Of a stretch of DNA of 64,000 nucleotides, positions 38,730-48,618 are shown piece after piece. The position numbers and the translations under genes are program-made. Source of the stretch: an uncultured bacterium (GTDB lineage Bacteria > Krumholzibacteriota > Krumholzibacteriia > LZORAL124-64-63); assembly GCA_963732385.1 (NCBI GenBank), contig CAVSZB010000005.1, positions 352,001 through 416,000 of the forward strand, given 5' to 3'. The notes beneath the pieces are model-generated. The model saw nothing but the letters and a program-made list of their open reading frames with translations. It made no database searches and was not told the DNA's origin. How positions within the stretch are numbered: the first letter of the stretch is position 1; each line of letters starts with the position of its first letter.

Positions 38730-39299
38730 TCACGGCTCGCACATCGCGTCGTCGGTGTCGGTCAGGGCGACCAGCCAGGCATGGAGCGCGGCGGCGGCGG
38801 GGGCGTCGTTGAGACGGGCCACGTCGCCGCGCTGGTGGAGCAGAACGCGGACGTAGGCGCGCCGTTGCGGCAGGTACGTGTAGGCCTGGTAGCCGATGGT
38901 GCCGAAGTCGGCGCAGCCCGTGGAGATCGGCGGGGAGACTTGTCCGGCGGCGGCGACCGGGACCAGGGCGGTCATGGCGGCCAGTTCGACGGGGGTCACC
39001 TGGCCGACGAGCTGACGGCCGTGCGCATACTTCTCGCGCAGGTCGGCCTCGGGGATCGTGTCGGCGTCGCCACTCCAGCGCTCGTCGCCGTGGTCGAAGC
39101 GGAACAGACGCCCCTGATCGTCCACGCTCCAGCCGCTCAACTGGTAGCCCCACGCCTCGTTGTGCCAGGTGACATCGAAAAACCCCGCTCCGGAATCCTC
39201 CGCTTCGGTGGCGTCGGTTGAATTTTCGTAGCATCCGGTCAACAGCCAGCCGCCCAAGCCCGCCGCCAGGACCAGCAGCGGCCACAGTCCGCGTTGCAT
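38730..39299 (-). CDS. Putative lipoprotein
   Basis: Hydrophobic N-terminus with lipobox LTGC; GGAGG RBS. Confidence 0.7.
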   Translation of the reverse strand: MQRGLWPLLVLAAGLGGWLLTGCYENSTDATEAEDSGAGFFDVTWHNEAWGYQLSGWSVDDQGRLFRFDHGDERWSGDADTIPEADLREKYAHGRQLVGQVTPVELAAMTALVPVAAAGQVSPPISTGCADFGTIGYQAYTYLPQRRAYVRVLLHQRGDVARLNDAPAAAALHAWLVALTDTDDAMCEP

Positions 39300-39499
39300 G
39301 GCTGTCCTCCCGTGGCTTTTCCAGGGCGTACGTCTTAAGCCTGCGTGGCGCACTCAGCGCCGAAAAACGCCCTACCTTCTCAAGGCATATGTTCGGTGGA
39401 CACCAGACCCCCTCCGGTGACCAGGCCGGGCGAGACAGCGAGTATACTCCCGCTGTGGTTCGAACGAGGCAAGATTTCGAATGGGATCAGGATGAGTCG

Positions 39500-39957
39500 C
39501 TGTCCACTCTGCGCGACCTGCTTCGCCCACGGCACGACCTGATCATCGAGAATCTCGCCCTGCGACAGCAGATCCTCGTGCTCGAGCGCTCAGGAGCCCG
39601 CCCCTGGCTCCACCCGGCCGACAAGGCGTTCTGGGTCGCGCTCTCCCGCTGCTGGCGGCACTGGCGCCGACCGCTGCGCCTCGTCAAACCGTCCACCGTG
39701 ATCGCCTGGCGCCGCCGCGGCTGGCGCTGGAAGTCCCGCCCCGGCAAGGGCGGACGCCTCAGCATCAACGTGAGCGAAGCGACCGTGGCGAAGTACATGA
39801 TCAAGCGGGGCAACCAGCCGTCACAGAACTGGCAGACTTTCATCCGCAACCACTTGCCCGACATCGTCGCGATCGAGAATCAGGATCCGGCCGCGCCATC
39901 CTGCCGATCGAGACGGATGAGGGTTTCTTGTAGGGATTGGGATTATTGGCAGGCACA
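39500..39957 (+). pseudogene. Internally deleted copy of the IS481-like element at 48619-49928
   Basis: Near-identical to 5' transposase segments and the right end of the intact copy; catalytic core deleted. Confidence 0.85.
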
Positions 39958-40026
39958 CGGCCCATAAATGACAGATGGACGAATAAAAACTTGCAATTGG
40001 ACGTCGACTTGCCGACAATCAGACGC

Positions 40027-41271
40027 ATGAGCGACGCAGATCTCTATCCCCGTCTGGTCCGGGCTCGTCTCCACGAGGCCCTCGCCGATTCGCCCGTCGT
40101 GCTGCTGCATGGTCCGCGCCAGTGCGGCAAGACGACCCTCGCCAGGAGCGTAGGCGAGGACGACGGACGCCAGTACGTCACCCTCGACGACGCCGCGACG
40201 CTCACCGCGGTCCAGGCGGACCCCTGTGGGTTCGTGCTCGATCTCGAGGGGCCCATCACCATCGACGAGGTCCAGCGCGTTCCCGAGCTCTTCCTCGCCG
40301 TCAAACAGGCGGTCGACCGTGATCGCCGTCCCGGCCGCTTCCTGCTCACCGGTTCGGCGAACGCGTTGTTTGTTCCTCGGGCTGCCGATTCACTGGCCGG
40401 GCGCATGGAGATCGTTCGCCTCCATCCCCTGAGCGAGGTGGAGATCGGTCGTCATCGGCCGGGCTTTCTGGACCGGATCTTCGCGGGCGAATTCAAGGTC
40501 GCCCAGGGCGAGCGGCTTGGCCCGAAGCTGGCCGACCTCGTCGTCCGGGGGGGATTCCCCGAAGCCGTACGTCGGGACACCTCGCGCGGACGGCGGGCCT
40601 GGGCGCGCGATTACCTGACCGCAATCATCCAGCGCGATGTCCGCGAACTGGCCCGCATCCAGCGGCTCGACATCCTGCGGCGCCTGCTCGAGCTCGCCGC
40701 CGGGCAAACGGCACGCCTCGTCAACGTAAGCGAGATCGCCGGGCCTTTCGGCGTCAGCCGCACTACCGTGCGGGACTACCTGACCCTGCTCGGCCAGGTC
40801 TTCCTCGTGGAAGAGCTTCCTGCGTGGCATGCCAACCGGCTGAAGCGCCTGGTCAAGACCCCGAAACTCCACGTGACCGACACGGGTCTGGCGTGTGCAC
40901 TGCTCGGTGTCGAGGCCGACGACCTGCGCGGCGACCGGACGTTGCTCGGGCAGTTGCTCGAGACCTTCGTCGTCCAGGAGCTCCGTCGCCAGGCCAGCGG
41001 CTGGGAGCTCGACGTCCGTTTCTCCCACTACCGTGACAAGGACCAACTGGAAGTCGACATCGTCCTGGAGCGGGGCCCGAACCGGATCGTCGGCATCGAG
41101 GTCAAGGCTTCAGCGACCCTGCGCGAGGCAGACCGCCGCGGACTCGAACGCCTCCGGGACGCCGCCGGCAGCCGCTTCCGTTGCGGCGCGCTGCTGTACG
41201 ACGGCGAGACGCTGGTCCCCATGGGCGACCGGATCTACGCGATCCCGTTGCACATGCTGTGGAGCGATTGA
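40027..41271 (+). CDS. AAA_14 ATPase with DUF4143 C-terminal domain
   Basis: GPRQCGKTT, IDEVQR, LTGS, GGFP, KTPK, EVD..IEVK. Confidence 0.9.
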   Translation: MSDADLYPRLVRARLHEALADSPVVLLHGPRQCGKTTLARSVGEDDGRQYVTLDDAATLTAVQADPCGFVLDLEGPITIDEVQRVPELFLAVKQAVDRDRRPGRFLLTGSANALFVPRAADSLAGRMEIVRLHPLSEVEIGRHRPGFLDRIFAGEFKVAQGERLGPKLADLVVRGGFPEAVRRDTSRGRRAWARDYLTAIIQRDVRELARIQRLDILRRLLELAAGQTARLVNVSEIAGPFGVSRTTVRDYLTLLGQVFLVEELPAWHANRLKRLVKTPKLHVTDTGLACALLGVEADDLRGDRTLLGQLLETFVVQELRRQASGWELDVRFSHYRDKDQLEVDIVLERGPNRIVGIEVKASATLREADRRGLERLRDAAGSRFRCGALLYDGETLVPMGDRIYAIPLHMLWSD

Positions 41272-41302
41272 TCCACAGGTCAGACACGCCCTTGCCGGGC
41301 AC

Positions 41303-43006
41303 TCACCGCACGAGACTCAACCGCACCCCCTCCACCTTCCCCCCCGCGACCAGCCGGGCCAGGTAGCTGCCCGAGGGCGCGGAACGGCCTGAGGCATCTC
41401 TTCCGTCCCAAACCGCCTCATGGCTCCCCGCGGGCCGTTCCCCCTCTACGAGGACCCGGACGAGCCGCCCGGCGACGTCGTAGACGGCGAGGTGGACCTG
41501 ACCGGCGGCCGGGAGGTCGAAGCGGATCTTGGTGCTGGGGTTGAAGGGATTGGGATGGCTGGGGTAGAGGCGAAGCTGCGAGATGGAAATGGCTGGCACG
41601 ATCGCCGGCCCGAACCAGAGCGGATCCTCTGCGGCAGTCGCTTCCTGGCGCAACCAATACTGAAGGGCTTCGGGACCGGCATCGGCATCGACGAACGTGA
41701 ACTGTTGAGCGCCCGTGAACCTGCGGTCGCTGACCGGACGCCGTCCATCTACGGCTTGCCGCCAGAGCGTGAAATCGCAGCTCTCTCCGCCGGCGCCCAG
41801 CGACCAGCAGACCCGTACGCCGTCCGTACATCTGACCGCCTCGAAAACCGACAGCTGAACGGACACCAGGCCCTGCGGCCAGGACACGATGTGACCGTAG
41901 TTGCCGCCGAGAGCCGAAGTGAACTCGCCTCCGGCCACGAGCTGATCGCTGAAGCTGATCGTGGCAAGCACCGGGGCATTGGCGAGCAGGACATCCCGCC
42001 AAACAACGCCGTCCCATTGCCACCCATCGGCATAGAGATTCCCACCGAACAGGCAGAGCGCGTGGACGTCCGCCGGGATTCCGTCACCCATGGCGTGCCA
42101 CGTTGTGCCATCCCAGCGGCCGACGTGATGTAACTGGGTGGCGCCGCCGTTATGGAAGGCGCCGGCGACGATCAGGTCGTTTTCGAAAACGGCCAGGGCG
42201 AACACGCGGCCATCAAGAGCTGCGTCTGCAGGCAGGAAGGAAGCCCACCCGCTGGCGGCGGTCCATCGGGCCAGGTGGGGGCCGATCGGTGTCAGAGAGG
42301 CCGTCTGCGTGAAACACCCGCCCGCGACAAGGTCTCCTCGCCAGTCGACCAGGGCATCGACGGCGGGCAGGGGAAGGTCCTGGCAAGTTATGTTATTGAG
42401 GCCCTGCCCCATCCCCTGCCACATCGAGCCATCCCAGCATGCCACGCACGCTGACTGGCCATACATGAACAGGCCCCCGACGATCAACTGGCCCTCGTGC
42501 ACGGCCAGGCAATGCACCTGAGGAGGAAAGGAAACGCAACCGCCAGCCAAGCCACAGCAGAAACCGTACGGGGTCAGCGCAGTGCCGCTGCCTACTGCAA
42601 TCCACTCACTGCCGTTCCAGCGGGCCAGGGCACGAAGCGTAGTGCTGTAGTCCGTCGAATAGAACGCTCCCCCTGCATAGATCTGGCCTTCGTAAGCGAG
42701 GATTGCCCTGATGTGAGGCGGCTGCCAGGGGGGGGGCGCCGGTTCACTCGTCCAGCCGTAGTCGATACCCGTCAGTCCCGTCCCCAAGGAGTGCCAGCCG
42801 GTGTTGTCCAAGTAGGCGATGTGCAACACCGTGTCGGCGCCTGCCACTGTGAAATCCCCGCCGGCGACCAGAAGGGAGTTGTAATCGCAGAGGGATCGGA
42901 CAACGCCGCTTAGGCCCGGATCACTGAAACTTGCGCGCGCCAGGCCAGGCAACACCGTGACGGCGAAGAGCATGATCGCACACGCGAGAACGTCACGACT
43001 GCGCAA
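41303..43006 (-). CDS. Secreted repeat (beta-propeller-like) protein with C-terminal FlgD-Ig domain
   Basis: Repeated L.AGG.F...W(D/N)G..W units, SHPNPFNPST tail; TTG start after GGAGG. Confidence 0.8.
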   Translation of the reverse strand: MRSRDVLACAIMLFAVTVLPGLARASFSDPGLSGVVRSLCDYNSLLVAGGDFTVAGADTVLHIAYLDNTGWHSLGTGLTGIDYGWTSEPAPPPWQPPHIRAILAYEGQIYAGGAFYSTDYSTTLRALARWNGSEWIAVGSGTALTPYGFCCGLAGGCVSFPPQVHCLAVHEGQLIVGGLFMYGQSACVACWDGSMWQGMGQGLNNITCQDLPLPAVDALVDWRGDLVAGGCFTQTASLTPIGPHLARWTAASGWASFLPADAALDGRVFALAVFENDLIVAGAFHNGGATQLHHVGRWDGTTWHAMGDGIPADVHALCLFGGNLYADGWQWDGVVWRDVLLANAPVLATISFSDQLVAGGEFTSALGGNYGHIVSWPQGLVSVQLSVFEAVRCTDGVRVCWSLGAGGESCDFTLWRQAVDGRRPVSDRRFTGAQQFTFVDADAGPEALQYWLRQEATAAEDPLWFGPAIVPAISISQLRLYPSHPNPFNPSTKIRFDLPAAGQVHLAVYDVAGRLVRVLVEGERPAGSHEAVWDGRDASGRSAPSGSYLARLVAGGKVEGVRLSLVR

Positions 43007-43519
43007 TTTGAACCTCCGGGAAGCCGTCCGTGGGGCTCGGGGTCCGGCAATCGATCACGCGCTAATGGGCGAGGCTTCCATTCTACCACTTCCTCACTTC
43101 GAGCGACGGGAATATTGCGAACCGCGGCGGCATCGATCCAAAATCGGCTTCGTGGTCGTCAGTCGGGCGGTCGGGTTCTCGTAGGCGGCGAAGGCTGCAG
43201 AATTGCATCCAGGGGCTCAGCCGGCCTTTCCGGCAACGCTGGCGAATTCCTTTGTAAACGCCGATCGAAAACCGCGGCACCCCACCGCCATTTTCCACTT
43301 GCTCGCCGGACCAGCCCGCTACCTCACGAGACTCAACCGCACCTGTCCATCGGCGGTACATTCTGCGTTTGACCTGCCCCCACTCTTCGACGGTTCCAAA
43401 GGCGTTCGAGCCTTGGTCGCTGACCCTGGAGAGCTAGTCGTGGAGAGTGTCGAAGAGCTGGGGCAGGTCAGCTCGGTTGTCCGTACAGGGACGGATGGGA
43501 TTATTGGTAGGCACAGGCC

Positions 43520-43630
43520 TGGGGTCGGTCAACTGCGGCGGAGGCACCGGCGACCCGAGTCCAGCAGGAAGAAACCCCCGGGACAGATCCCCCCCGCGCT
43601 GGTCGATTCGGGGCGGAGGGAGTACAGTCG
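43520..43630 (+). repeat. Dispersed ~110-bp repeat (second long copy 51247-51357; 22-bp core also at 35536 and 46858)
   Basis: Core CCCCCGCGCTGGTCGATTCGGG is identical in four places. Confidence 0.9.
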
Positions 43631-43678
43631 CGGGCGGGGAACTGCTGGACTGCTGCGATAAACCCGGGAGGTAACTCG

Positions 43679-44329
43679 ATGAAACGTTTCATGGTCGTCC
43701 TCGCGGTCATGGCGGTGGCGCTCGCGGTGGAGGCAGCCCCGGCGCAGGAGACGGGCCTGGTGGGCAAGGGGTTCAAGGTCGGCCTGTCAGCGTACTCGTT
43801 CGGCGGGGAGGACAGCGACGCGATGTTCTCCGACTGGACGACGGGCTCGAGGATAGGGCTGGCGGCAGGGGGTTTCCTGACCTTCGCGCTGGGGCCGAAC
43901 CTCGCGCTGCAGCCCGAGCTGCTGTACGTCATGAAGGGTGTCAGGTACGAGAGGGAGACGGACCGCTGGAAGTTTAATCTCAACTACATTGACCTTCCCG
44001 TCCTTCTCAAGTACAGGTTCGCGACGACCGGCTCGCTGCGCCCGAACCTGTTCGCCGGCCCTGTCGTCTCGGCGCTCCTGTCCGCGAAGATGATTTCGTA
44101 CGTGCTCCAGTACGGCGAGTTCCAGGAGGCGGACATCTCCTCTGGGGTGAGGGACCTCGACTTCGGTCTGGCAGTCGGTGGCGGTCTCGATTTCGCACTG
44201 TCCGGCGGCACGCTGGCCGTCGACGTGCGCTATGTCCTGCCCCTGACGCGATGGTCCGACTACGTCGAGAACGAGGACCCTGTCCTCAATAATCAGGGCC
44301 TGCTGGTCATGGTCGGCGTGGAATTCTGA
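43679..44329 (+). CDS. Outer-membrane beta-barrel (porin family/PorT-like)
   Basis: Signal peptide, LQPELLY..KG, Y+D+PVL.KY, ends in Phe. Confidence 0.85.
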   Translation: MKRFMVVLAVMAVALAVEAAPAQETGLVGKGFKVGLSAYSFGGEDSDAMFSDWTTGSRIGLAAGGFLTFALGPNLALQPELLYVMKGVRYERETDRWKFNLNYIDLPVLLKYRFATTGSLRPNLFAGPVVSALLSAKMISYVLQYGEFQEADISSGVRDLDFGLAVGGGLDFALSGGTLAVDVRYVLPLTRWSDYVENEDPVLNNQGLLVMVGVEF

Positions 44330-44417
44330 TCGTCTCCTCGCGAAGTGGCGTGCGGCCTGCGGCATCAAGATCTGTCCCGTTTAGGGCCGGACGGGGTCAT
44401 CGGAAGGAAGAGGTGTC

Positions 44418-45242
44418 ATGCTGAAAGAGAATGCGACGGCTGTCCTTCTCCTTATGGTGCTCGTTCCGCTGTCTGCGACGATCACTCCCCCGTGCTCATC
44501 CGCCATCGAGCCCGAAAGGGACTTCCAACTCGTACAGACCGGGGCGGGGCTGACCCTGCACAAAGATCTGTTTATGCTGCCGTACACGTACTCCGACGAG
44601 TACCGCGGCCGGCGGACCGAAGCAGTGTTTCAGATAAGTGCCAAGTACCGCCTGTTCGATACCGGGCTCTACCTCGCCTACACCCAGATCTCCTTCTGGC
44701 AGTCCTACGATTACCGGAACTCCTCGCCCTTCCGCGACACGAACTACAATCCGGAGGTCTTCTACCGCTTCGAGCCACGCGCCTACCGGTCCGGCCGCCT
44801 GGCCGCGGACGCCGGGATCGAACACGAGTCGAATGGACAACTGGTCCCGCTGTCCCGCAGCTGGAACAATGTCTATCTCGCGCCCTGGTACCAACGCGGC
44901 GACCTGCTTCTCTACGCAAAGCTGCGCTACCGCATCCCCGAGCCCGCCAAGACCGCCCCGGACGACGCCGAGGGGGACGACAATCCCGACCTAACCGACT
45001 ACCTGGGCTACAGCGACATCCACGCATACTACCGGTTCGCCGGGGGACACCAGATCCACCTCACGATGCGTGGCGTGATCGGTTCAGGCAGGGGGAACGT
45101 CAGTGCAGGCTACAGCTGTCCGCTGCCGCGCGCGGAGGGCAGCCACCTCATGCTCCGGCTCTCCCACGGCTATGGAGAGAGCCTCATGGACTACCGGAAA
45201 TCGATCAGCCGCGTCGGCATCGGCTTCATGTTCACGATATAG
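44418..45242 (+). CDS. pldA: Outer-membrane phospholipase A (OMPLA)
   Basis: FQISAK, YTQ.SFWQ, SSPFRDTNYNPE, HESNG....SRSWN active-site motif, GYGESL.DY. Confidence 0.9.
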   Translation: MLKENATAVLLLMVLVPLSATITPPCSSAIEPERDFQLVQTGAGLTLHKDLFMLPYTYSDEYRGRRTEAVFQISAKYRLFDTGLYLAYTQISFWQSYDYRNSSPFRDTNYNPEVFYRFEPRAYRSGRLAADAGIEHESNGQLVPLSRSWNNVYLAPWYQRGDLLLYAKLRYRIPEPAKTAPDDAEGDDNPDLTDYLGYSDIHAYYRFAGGHQIHLTMRGVIGSGRGNVSAGYSCPLPRAEGSHLMLRLSHGYGESLMDYRKSISRVGIGFMFTI

Positions 45243-45245
45243 AAT

Positions 45246-45815
45246 TCAAATCGCCAGCCTCAGATCGATGAGAAGCGTGTCGTCCCCCACCGGCTCTTCG
45301 GCAATCGCCGAGGTGGCGCCCAGCATGATGAACCGATAGCCGATGCCAATGGACTTGCGTTCGTCGAGAACGTGCCGCACGCCAACCAAGAACTGGAATC
45401 CGGCGTCGCCTCCGGTGTCATCGTTGCCCGAGGCGATCACGACTCCCCCGCCCGCACCAACGTACGGCTTCAGAGAAGTCCGGGTCGGGAACGTGTGGAC
45501 GAGATTCAGCAGCAGGGGCACCTGGCTCAGCGTGGATTCCGGGTGCAGGTCCTCGGCGGGCGACGAGTTGCGCAGGTAGCCGGTCTCAAACTCCAGCGCC
45601 CAGCGCCGGTTTAAGCGGCGCCCACAAGCGGTGCTCAGGCGGAATCCGGTGCTGGCCGGCTGAGAATGGCCGGACTCCTGGTCGAGCCAGTTGACCCCCA
45701 GGCCAAGGTTCAGATACCAGCCCTTGTCCACGGTCTGTTGAGCGACCGCGGGCAGGGCCGCCAGCAGAAGGAGAATCGCCGCCAGAATCGTCACGATTCG
45801 CGTCGAGGCCTTCAT
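45246..45815 (-). CDS. OmpA-like small outer-membrane beta-barrel
   Basis: Signal peptide, WY..LG.G, KPYVGAGGG, FQ..G, GYR. Confidence 0.75.
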   Translation of the reverse strand: MKASTRIVTILAAILLLLAALPAVAQQTVDKGWYLNLGLGVNWLDQESGHSQPASTGFRLSTACGRRLNRRWALEFETGYLRNSSPAEDLHPESTLSQVPLLLNLVHTFPTRTSLKPYVGAGGGVVIASGNDDTGGDAGFQFLVGVRHVLDERKSIGIGYRFIMLGATSAIAEEPVGDDTLLIDLRLAI

Positions 45816-45934
45816 GGCAACATCCTTTTGGCAATCGGTCCTTTGATCATCACGTCATCATTGGACGCACTTCAGGTCGTGAAGAGGGTTGACGAGCGGG
45901 GGTAGGTCAGTCACGGCCGCCCCCGCGAATCCGC

Positions 45935-46573
45935 TCAGAAGCCTATGCCCGCGGCCACCAACCAGCCGCGGTTCTTCAGCGTCACTTCATTGTCCGGATC
46001 CTCGCCGTCCCACCACTCGGTCAAGCCAAGCGTGTAGCGGATATCGAAAGTGATCGTGCTGGACGCCATGGCGAAGTCGATGCCACCGCCGAGCGCCAGA
46101 CCCAGGTCAAGGCCCTTGACGTGCTCGAAGTCGCCCTCCCGGTCTCCCGAGGGCGCCTCCTCCTTCAACTTGGCGCTCAGCTTGAACGAGGGAATCGGCC
46201 CGGCGAAAAGATTCGGGCGCATCCTGCCCTCCGTCGGGAACCGGTACTTGAACAGGATTGGCACATCCAGGTAGTTGAACTTGAAGGTGTACTTGTAGCC
46301 GCCCTCCTCGTACACAGAGCCCTTCATCGCGTACACCACCTCGGGCTGCAGAGCGAAGTTCGGCCCCAGGGCGAACGTGAGGAAGCCGCCCGCGGCCAGC
46401 CCGGTCTTCAGGTCCGGGTCGACTGCATCGAGTTCGGGGTGATCCCCGCTGAACTTGTACATCGCCAGGCCGACCTTGACGCCCTTGCCAACCAGCCCCG
46501 TGTCCTGCCCCGCGGCTGTGCCCGCCATGAGCGCGAGCGCCACCACGGCCAGCACGCCCAGCATCTTCTTCAT
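45935..46573 (-). CDS. Outer-membrane beta-barrel, paralogue of 43679-44329
   Basis: Shares (Q)xTGLVGKG.KVGL, GLAAGGFLTFALGPN.ALQPE; ends GIGF. Confidence 0.85.
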   Translation of the reverse strand: MKKMLGVLAVVALALMAGTAAGQDTGLVGKGVKVGLAMYKFSGDHPELDAVDPDLKTGLAAGGFLTFALGPNFALQPEVVYAMKGSVYEEGGYKYTFKFNYLDVPILFKYRFPTEGRMRPNLFAGPIPSFKLSAKLKEEAPSGDREGDFEHVKGLDLGLALGGGIDFAMASSTITFDIRYTLGLTEWWDGEDPDNEVTLKNRGWLVAAGIGF

Positions 46574-46989
46574 CAATCCACCTCCCGTGTCTCCTCCCCC
46601 TCGTCCCAACCGCCCCCGTGACGCACGCTGCGGCGGGCGGCGACCCTTCGTCCCGTAGAGGCGAAAGTGCGGCTCGCCGACTCCTGCCGCCGCCTTATTG
46701 TCAGCGCGAACAGTCGCCAGCACAAGATGCATAAGATCTGCGGCCTCCCCTGACAGGCATGCCTCTGAACCCCTGAAGTTGATCCATCCCGGCTCACCTT
46801 CTGACTGGTGGTCGGTCATCCGGGCGGGCGGAGGTCCCGTAAGGGGAAGTCGGGCCACCCCCGCGCTGGTCGATTCGGGGCGGGGGGAGTGGAGCGGGCC
46901 GAGGCCGCCTTCGCTAAGTGACTCGGTTCCGCACCAGCAGCGCCGCAGGGCCTCAAACGTCAGGTGTGTAAACTAGAATGAAGAAAGCG

Positions 46990-47199
46990 CGGTTTGGAGA
47001 CTTCGAGACGGTTTCGGCCCCTGTCGAGTACGACCTCGACCTCTCTCCGGGCGGCACTTCCATGCCGGAGAGTCGCGCCCCGAAAACCGCCCCCGTAACC
47101 CCTTGCCCCCACGCCACAACCAGAAGCCCCGATCCATCACAGACCGGGGCTTGAGTCAACTTCTCTGCGGATCGGTTCCACGCTGAAAGTTGTTGGCTC
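46990..47199. repeat. Diverged duplicate of the ~210 bp immediately downstream of tRNA-Asn (52340-52546)
   Basis: Shared TTTGGAGACTTCGAGACG, GACCTCTCTCCG, CCCCGATCCATCACAGACCGGGGC, GTCAACTTCTCTGC, AAGTTGTTGGCTC. Confidence 0.85.
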
Positions 47200-47231
47200 T
47201 CCCCGGACGGTCCCATCCTCGAACCCTGCGG

Positions 47232-48482
47232 TCACGTCTTCTCGGTCCAGAGCCGACTCAACGGCACGGCGAAGAGGCCCTCCCCGAACGGAATGGAGGC
47301 CTCTCCATCGTACAGCACGACACCGGCAGCGAAGCGGCTGCCGACGGCTTCCCGCAATTTCTTCAAGCCCCGGAAATCCTTCGCGACGACGGTTCCGGAC
47401 AGCTTGACTTCGATCCCCACGATCTGTCGTCCGGCGCGTTCGAGGACGGCATCGACTTCGGCGCCCTCTTTGGTCCGAAAATGATGCAACTGGATCCGCT
47501 CCGCGCTCCAGCTTGCCTGTCGCCGGAGTTCCTGGACCACGTAGGTCTCGAGCAGGTGGCCGAGCAGGACCCGATCCTCGCGGAGCGCCTCGACGGAATG
47601 GTTCAGGGCGGCGCAGGCAACTCCTGTATCCCCGATGTGGAGCTTCGGCGCCTTGATCAGGCGGCTGAGCCGGTTGCTGTGCCACGAGGGCAACCGCTGG
47701 ATCAGGAAGACCTGCTCGAGCAGCGTCACGTAGTCACCTATCGTCGGCCTGCTCAAGCGGAACGGACCGGCGAGTTCGGCCAGATTGAACAACTGAGCGG
47801 TCTGGGCCGCGGCCAGCGCCACGATCTGAGGCAGGACCTCGATCTCCCGGATGCGGGCGAGGTCCTTGATGTCCCGCTGGGTGATGGTGTCGATATATTC
47901 GCTGTACCAATCGGTCCGCCTGCGCTCGTTCGTACGGGACAGCGCGTCCGGGTAGCCTCCGGCAGCGACGATCTCCGCAATCCCGTCACCGAGGCGTTCG
48001 GCCTGGTGCATCAAGCCCGCACCGGAGAACAGATCCGCGATGAAACCTGATCGCCGGCCCAGGATCTCGCAGCGGGACAACGGATGCAGCCTGATGATTT
48101 CCATCCGTCCGGCAAGGGAGTCGGACACCTTGGGGATCATCAGGATGTTTGCCGAGCCGGTCAGGATGAAGCGCCCGGGCCTGCGGTCGCGATCGACCGC
48201 GAGCTTGATGGTCGAGAAGAGCTCCGGAACCCGCTGGACTTCGTCCAGGATGATCCGCTCGGGGAGCCCGGCGACGAATCCGGCCGGGTCATCCTGCGCA
48301 GCCGAACGGACGCCAACATCGTCGAAACTGTAGTAGGCGAATCCCTTCTCCTGTCCCACGTGGCGGGCCAGCGTCGTCTTGCCGCTCTGGCGCGGGCCGT
48401 GGATGAGGACGACCGGAGTATCGGTCAGGGCTTCCTCGACCCGCTCCTGGATGAATCTCGGGATGTAGGCCGATTGGATCAT
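47232..48482 (-). CDS. AAA_14 ATPase with DUF4143 (paralogue of 40027-41271)
   Basis: GPRQSGKTT, LDEVQR, GGYP, KAPK, EVD..IEVK. Confidence 0.9.
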   Translation of the reverse strand: MIQSAYIPRFIQERVEEALTDTPVVLIHGPRQSGKTTLARHVGQEKGFAYYSFDDVGVRSAAQDDPAGFVAGLPERIILDEVQRVPELFSTIKLAVDRDRRPGRFILTGSANILMIPKVSDSLAGRMEIIRLHPLSRCEILGRRSGFIADLFSGAGLMHQAERLGDGIAEIVAAGGYPDALSRTNERRRTDWYSEYIDTITQRDIKDLARIREIEVLPQIVALAAAQTAQLFNLAELAGPFRLSRPTIGDYVTLLEQVFLIQRLPSWHSNRLSRLIKAPKLHIGDTGVACAALNHSVEALREDRVLLGHLLETYVVQELRRQASWSAERIQLHHFRTKEGAEVDAVLERAGRQIVGIEVKLSGTVVAKDFRGLKKLREAVGSRFAAGVVLYDGEASIPFGEGLFAVPLSRLWTEKT

Positions 48483-48618
48483 GGTCCTTGCTCCGGATTG
48501 GAATGTGTCCAAATGAAAGGTTGTTGGCTGGCCAATTGTAGGTTTTTGTAGCGCCAATTGCAACTATACGTATTGGCTGATCGCAATTTGCTCTGGCGGT
48601 CGCCCTGTCGATCGGGAC

